NCBI GenBank assembly: GCA_905250045.1
Contig: CAJNOG010000192.1
Location: 89,458-100,248, forward strand
DNA from: Adineta steineri
Lineage: Eukaryota
DNA: 10,791 nucleotides
Direction: 5' to 3'
Positions 7,999 to 10,791 of this stretch are shown here, piece after piece. A program made the position numbers and the translations under genes. A model generated the notes under the pieces. The model was not told where the DNA came from. It searched no databases and saw only the letters and a program-made list of their open reading frames with translations. Position 1 is the first letter of the stretch. Each line of letters opens with the position of its first letter.

Positions 7999-9662
7999 TA
8001 ATCTTATCTGACCTAGTTTTTAGTTTTGTTGGGAACGGAAAATATGACCTAGAAAGATAATTCATTTGAATTTAAATATATGTTTGCTTATGGAAATAGA
8101 CGAAGAAAAAAAAACATTTTACAACTAAATAAACAATTGCAATTCTTTCATTATTAGATGTATAAAAAATAATAATAAATTTAATAATTTTTGCATTGAC
8201 TTCGATTAAATTAAATTCAATATTAAGATCAACTTAAACGAACTGTTTTTGGTAAGCTTCTAACGGTTCATGTTCATTTGTTCGTCGTACATTTATGACA
8301 TATATCAGATTATCTGTTAAATGAGATACTATTTTTCTTTAATAGTTTTTTATGTGCTGATATAATTTATATCGATATGTAGGACATTGACAATCCATAC
8401 CATTGTAAATACTATTTGATATGTATATATATCATTCAGTCAATGGTTGTAAAGTTTCATCATCATAAATATTGATATGATTACTTGAATAGTGTAGAAG
8501 ATGAGCTGTATCAAGTTTTCCATCTCTAATCCCTAAGATTAATCGACAGGTTTCTTTTTATTTTGTTTATATAAGCAATAGTTTCTATATATTGTAAAAA
8601 ATAAATGGTAGACCATCAAATCTTTATTTTAAAAAATATTATTCGGAAGTAAAATACCTATTTCTGTCATACCAGTTAATATTTCAGTATAACCTTATTT
8701 TATAATAAACAAAGATAGAAATAATAACTGCCATTAAAGTAAAAGAGAAAGTTTTCTTTTAAATCCTTTAAGCTGTCATTTAAATCCCAGTCTAATCTAC
8801 GCAATTGAAGAGTATTATTTTCACTCCACAGCCAAAAAGTGTACGTGTCGACCTATCATAAATATTATTGAATGTTACTCATATATTTCTCGATAAATTT
8901 CACTATCAATATAAACTTTGACAGAATTATTTTATGAATTTAAAGCATAGCAAAGACTTTTATCAGCTTTTGAACGTTCGTACCATTTTGGTAGTTTAAG
9001 ATCTCTTAATTTTATTATAATGATTAATTTTGAGTGGCGATCATTCATTAAATTTAAGTTAGGAATACCAAGTGTTGTATCATGCAAGCATAGATCATCG
9101 ATACATGAGGAAAATTGTATTGAATAAGAAGGAATAAATTAAGAAAAAGGTAGTTGGAAAATATTTTATAAGACAAACCAACTAATTAGTAAAAATCTCG
9201 GAAAGGAAAGTAAACAGGAATTTCAAAAGATAATTATGCATCATAAAATTCAAATAAAAAAGAAAAAAGAATCGTTCTTAATTGTTAACAGGATAGAAAA
9301 ATTTATCGTGTTAACTTTTCAAACACATTTTTCTTTTTAATTGAATGTCTAAGAACGTTTCTAGTTTTCTTTAATTTATTCCGTCAAAGAAAAACGATGA
9401 TGTCAACATATTTTCTATTTTTCCTCAGGGTGTATCAAATAATTTACATGAATGGCATAAACTTCATGTGACATACTTGTCTTAAGATTTAAGATCTCAT
9501 ATTAAAACTAAAAGATGTGAAGTATAGAGTATTGAAAATAGAATGAATTCTGTACGAACATGTAAGTATAACTTAGATAAGAAAATATTTTATTTAGAAA
9601 AATCATCTGTCTTATTCTTTGAAGATATTTGTTGTATTAAACCACGAGAACAAAATCAAACA

Positions 9663-10791
9663 ATGAATTTTCTTCAACCGCCAGCACAAACTATAACTAC
9701 GAATAAAACACGAGCTCAAGTGAGATTTTTATTTTTTCAATTGTTCAATGTACCTTTTGTATATATATATATAGGTCGCGTTAGCTCCTCGACATGGTAA
9801 TAGAAGAAATGATTGTAGGAAATTATTTTCTTATTTATTGATTTAGGTTTAATGGATTGGATAAGGAAAATGAATAATACACCAGATATTTCTGGTACAA
9901 ATGGAAAAATATTAAATGTTACTGTAGAAGAATTAGCTAAACATAATAAAAAAACTGATTGTTGGACTGCTATTGCAGGTAAAATAAAATACATAAAATA
10001 TTTCATTCAATCTATTTTTATATTTAGGAAATGTTTATAATATAAGTCCATATCTTGATTTTCATCCAGGAGGTGTTGATGAAATCATGCGAGGTGCTGG
10101 TATTGATGCTACTACACTTTTTCAAGAAATTCATTCTTGGGTTAGTTAATTAGAATTAGAATAATTTACAAGATCATATTTTTATATTAAAGGTAAATTT
10201 TGGTTCTATGCTGGAAAAATGTCTTGTTGGTCGATTGATTTCAAAACCTAATTCAAACGAAACAGCATCAACAAAACCAAAATCTTTACCGCCAAGACTT
10301 CGATTTGATTTTCGTCAACCAGATTCGAAGAGTTTAAAACTTTTTATTTATACAACATATTTAACATTAACGACTGAAAATATTTTTGTTCATATTGAAA
10401 ATTTCAAAAAGATTTCTATTCTTGTTTTCATTGATGGATTTGTTCATACTATCGCTATAGGTAAATCTGCTAATAAGAAAATGATTAATATAACGAAGAA
10501 ATTGTTTTTTAGAATTGTTTGAATTAGTAACAAATGATATTACTGGTAAAAAAAAAGATCTTCTAATGAATGAAATGAAATTTTTGATTATTTAGTTCAT
10601 ATATCAACGAATAGTCGAGGTCAAATTGAAATAGATTTAAAGAAACAAAATGATCAAATATGGAAAACAATTGGAAAATTTGCATCAAACCATTTATCTG
10701 TTTGTCCTATACAAGATTTTGGTATGTAAATAAAAGATTCATATCAATTTTATACAATGAAAGATGGAATTGATTAGTCTTTTCAAGTGAA
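9663..10791 (+). CDS. CYB5R4: Cytochrome b5 reductase 4 (NCB5OR) ortholog, 5' part only: N-terminal region, cytochrome b5 heme-binding domain and CS domain. Exons: 9663..9719, 9775..9796, 9847..9978, 10028..10140, 10193..10460, 10513..10545, 10596..10721, 10788..>10791
   Basis: The spliced translation is [127 protein letters not shown]...[106 protein letters not shown]. It is colinear with my recollection of human CYB5R4 (...SLMDWIRLTKSGKDLTGLKGRLIEVTEEELKKHNKKDDCWICIRGFVYNVSPYMEYHPGGEDELMRAAGSDGTELFDQVHRWVNYESMLKECLVGRM..., then the CS domain ...GKIEIVLQKKENTSW...). The HPGG motif and a second His (EIHSW) are present. All junctions are GT-AG and phase-consistent, with introns of 55, 50, 49, 52, 52, 50 and 66 nt. 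The start is uncertain: ATG 9663 is preferred, an in-frame ATG at 9543 and the Met at 9852 are alternatives. The last 4-nt exon fragment is tentative. Confidence 0.9.

Noticed and set aside
8432-9135. Short minus-strand open frames that could be pseudogene fragments. They are 8432-8548 (...GIRDGKLDTAHLLHYSSNHINIYDDETLQPLTE*, faintly NHL-repeat-like) and about 8935-9135 (...LHDTTLGIPNLNLMNDRHSKLIIIIKLRDLKLPKWYERSKADKSLCYALNS*).
   Set aside because: At 42 and about 66 codons they are within chance expectation for this composition. They lack start codons and convincing splice sites, and the motif resemblance is too weak to support a call without a database search.
7805-9438. Direct repeat of the 12-mer GGGTGTATCAAA at 7805-7816 and 9427-9438, as possible termini of a 1.6-kb insertion.
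   Set aside because: A few exact 12-mer pairs are expected by chance in 10.8 kb. The flanking sequences do not extend the similarity, and I saw no target-site duplication or matching inverted terminus.
9543-9662. In-frame upstream ATG at 9543 that would add 40 residues (MNSVRTCKYNLDKKIFYLEKSSVLFFEDICCIKPREQNQT) to CYB5R4.
   Set aside because: The extension has no counterpart in the CYB5R4 N-termini that I recall, whereas MNFLQPPAQ... from ATG 9663 resembles them in length and character. It is kept only as an alternative start. Transcript 5' ends would decide.
9737-10006. Minus-strand ORF 9737-10006 (89 aa).
   Set aside because: It is antisense to CYB5R4 exons and introns whose sense-strand homology is unambiguous.
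10461-10522. The tail of track ORF 10208-10522 (...[20 protein letters not shown]) as coding sequence.
   Set aside because: It is read-through of a 52-nt GT-AG intron (10461-10512). Splicing at G|GTAAAT restores colinearity with the CS domain ([31 protein letters not shown]).
1-10791. Possibility of a prokaryotic defence or accessory system, a CRISPR array or an operon, as the task framing suggests.
   Set aside because: There is no array of regularly spaced direct repeats. The coding regions are interrupted by phase-consistent GT-AG introns. The recognisable proteins (tensin PTB, SOCS box, F-box, CYB5R4) are eukaryote-specific architectures. Nothing here resembles a bacterial or phage gene cluster.

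Overview
This window is eukaryotic (metazoan-type) nuclear DNA, not prokaryotic. It is very AT-rich, full of microsatellites and low-complexity tracts, and its long ORFs are split by GT-AG introns that are almost all about 50 nt long. I can support four protein-coding genes, all on the + strand. (1) 3-176: the last coding exon of a tensin-like protein (C-terminal PTB domain). (2) 2607-4510: an orphan protein ending in a clear SOCS box; the three-exon model is uncertain at its first intron. (3) 5008-6995: an F-box protein with a long degenerate LRR-like body, in two exons. (4) 9663 to the window edge: a confident ortholog of cytochrome b5 reductase 4 (CYB5R4/NCB5OR), with cytochrome b5 and CS domains spread over at least seven small exons, including a 22-nt microexon that the ORF track cannot show. 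Most other ORFs in the track are composition artefacts, antisense shadows or intron read-through. I found no CRISPR array, operon-style prokaryotic gene cluster, defence system, tRNA or rRNA. The points most worth a second look are these: a relatively GC-rich, heavily self-complementary element of about 200 bp at 7800-8000 that carries a U6-like ACAGAGA 12-mer; a perfect 16-bp inverted repeat between the SOCS-box and F-box genes; the tandem pairing of two different cullin-RING ligase substrate-receptor genes; and the microexon. Overall this looks like an ordinary gene-bearing region of a small-intron invertebrate genome. A rotifer or nematode is a guess from composition only.
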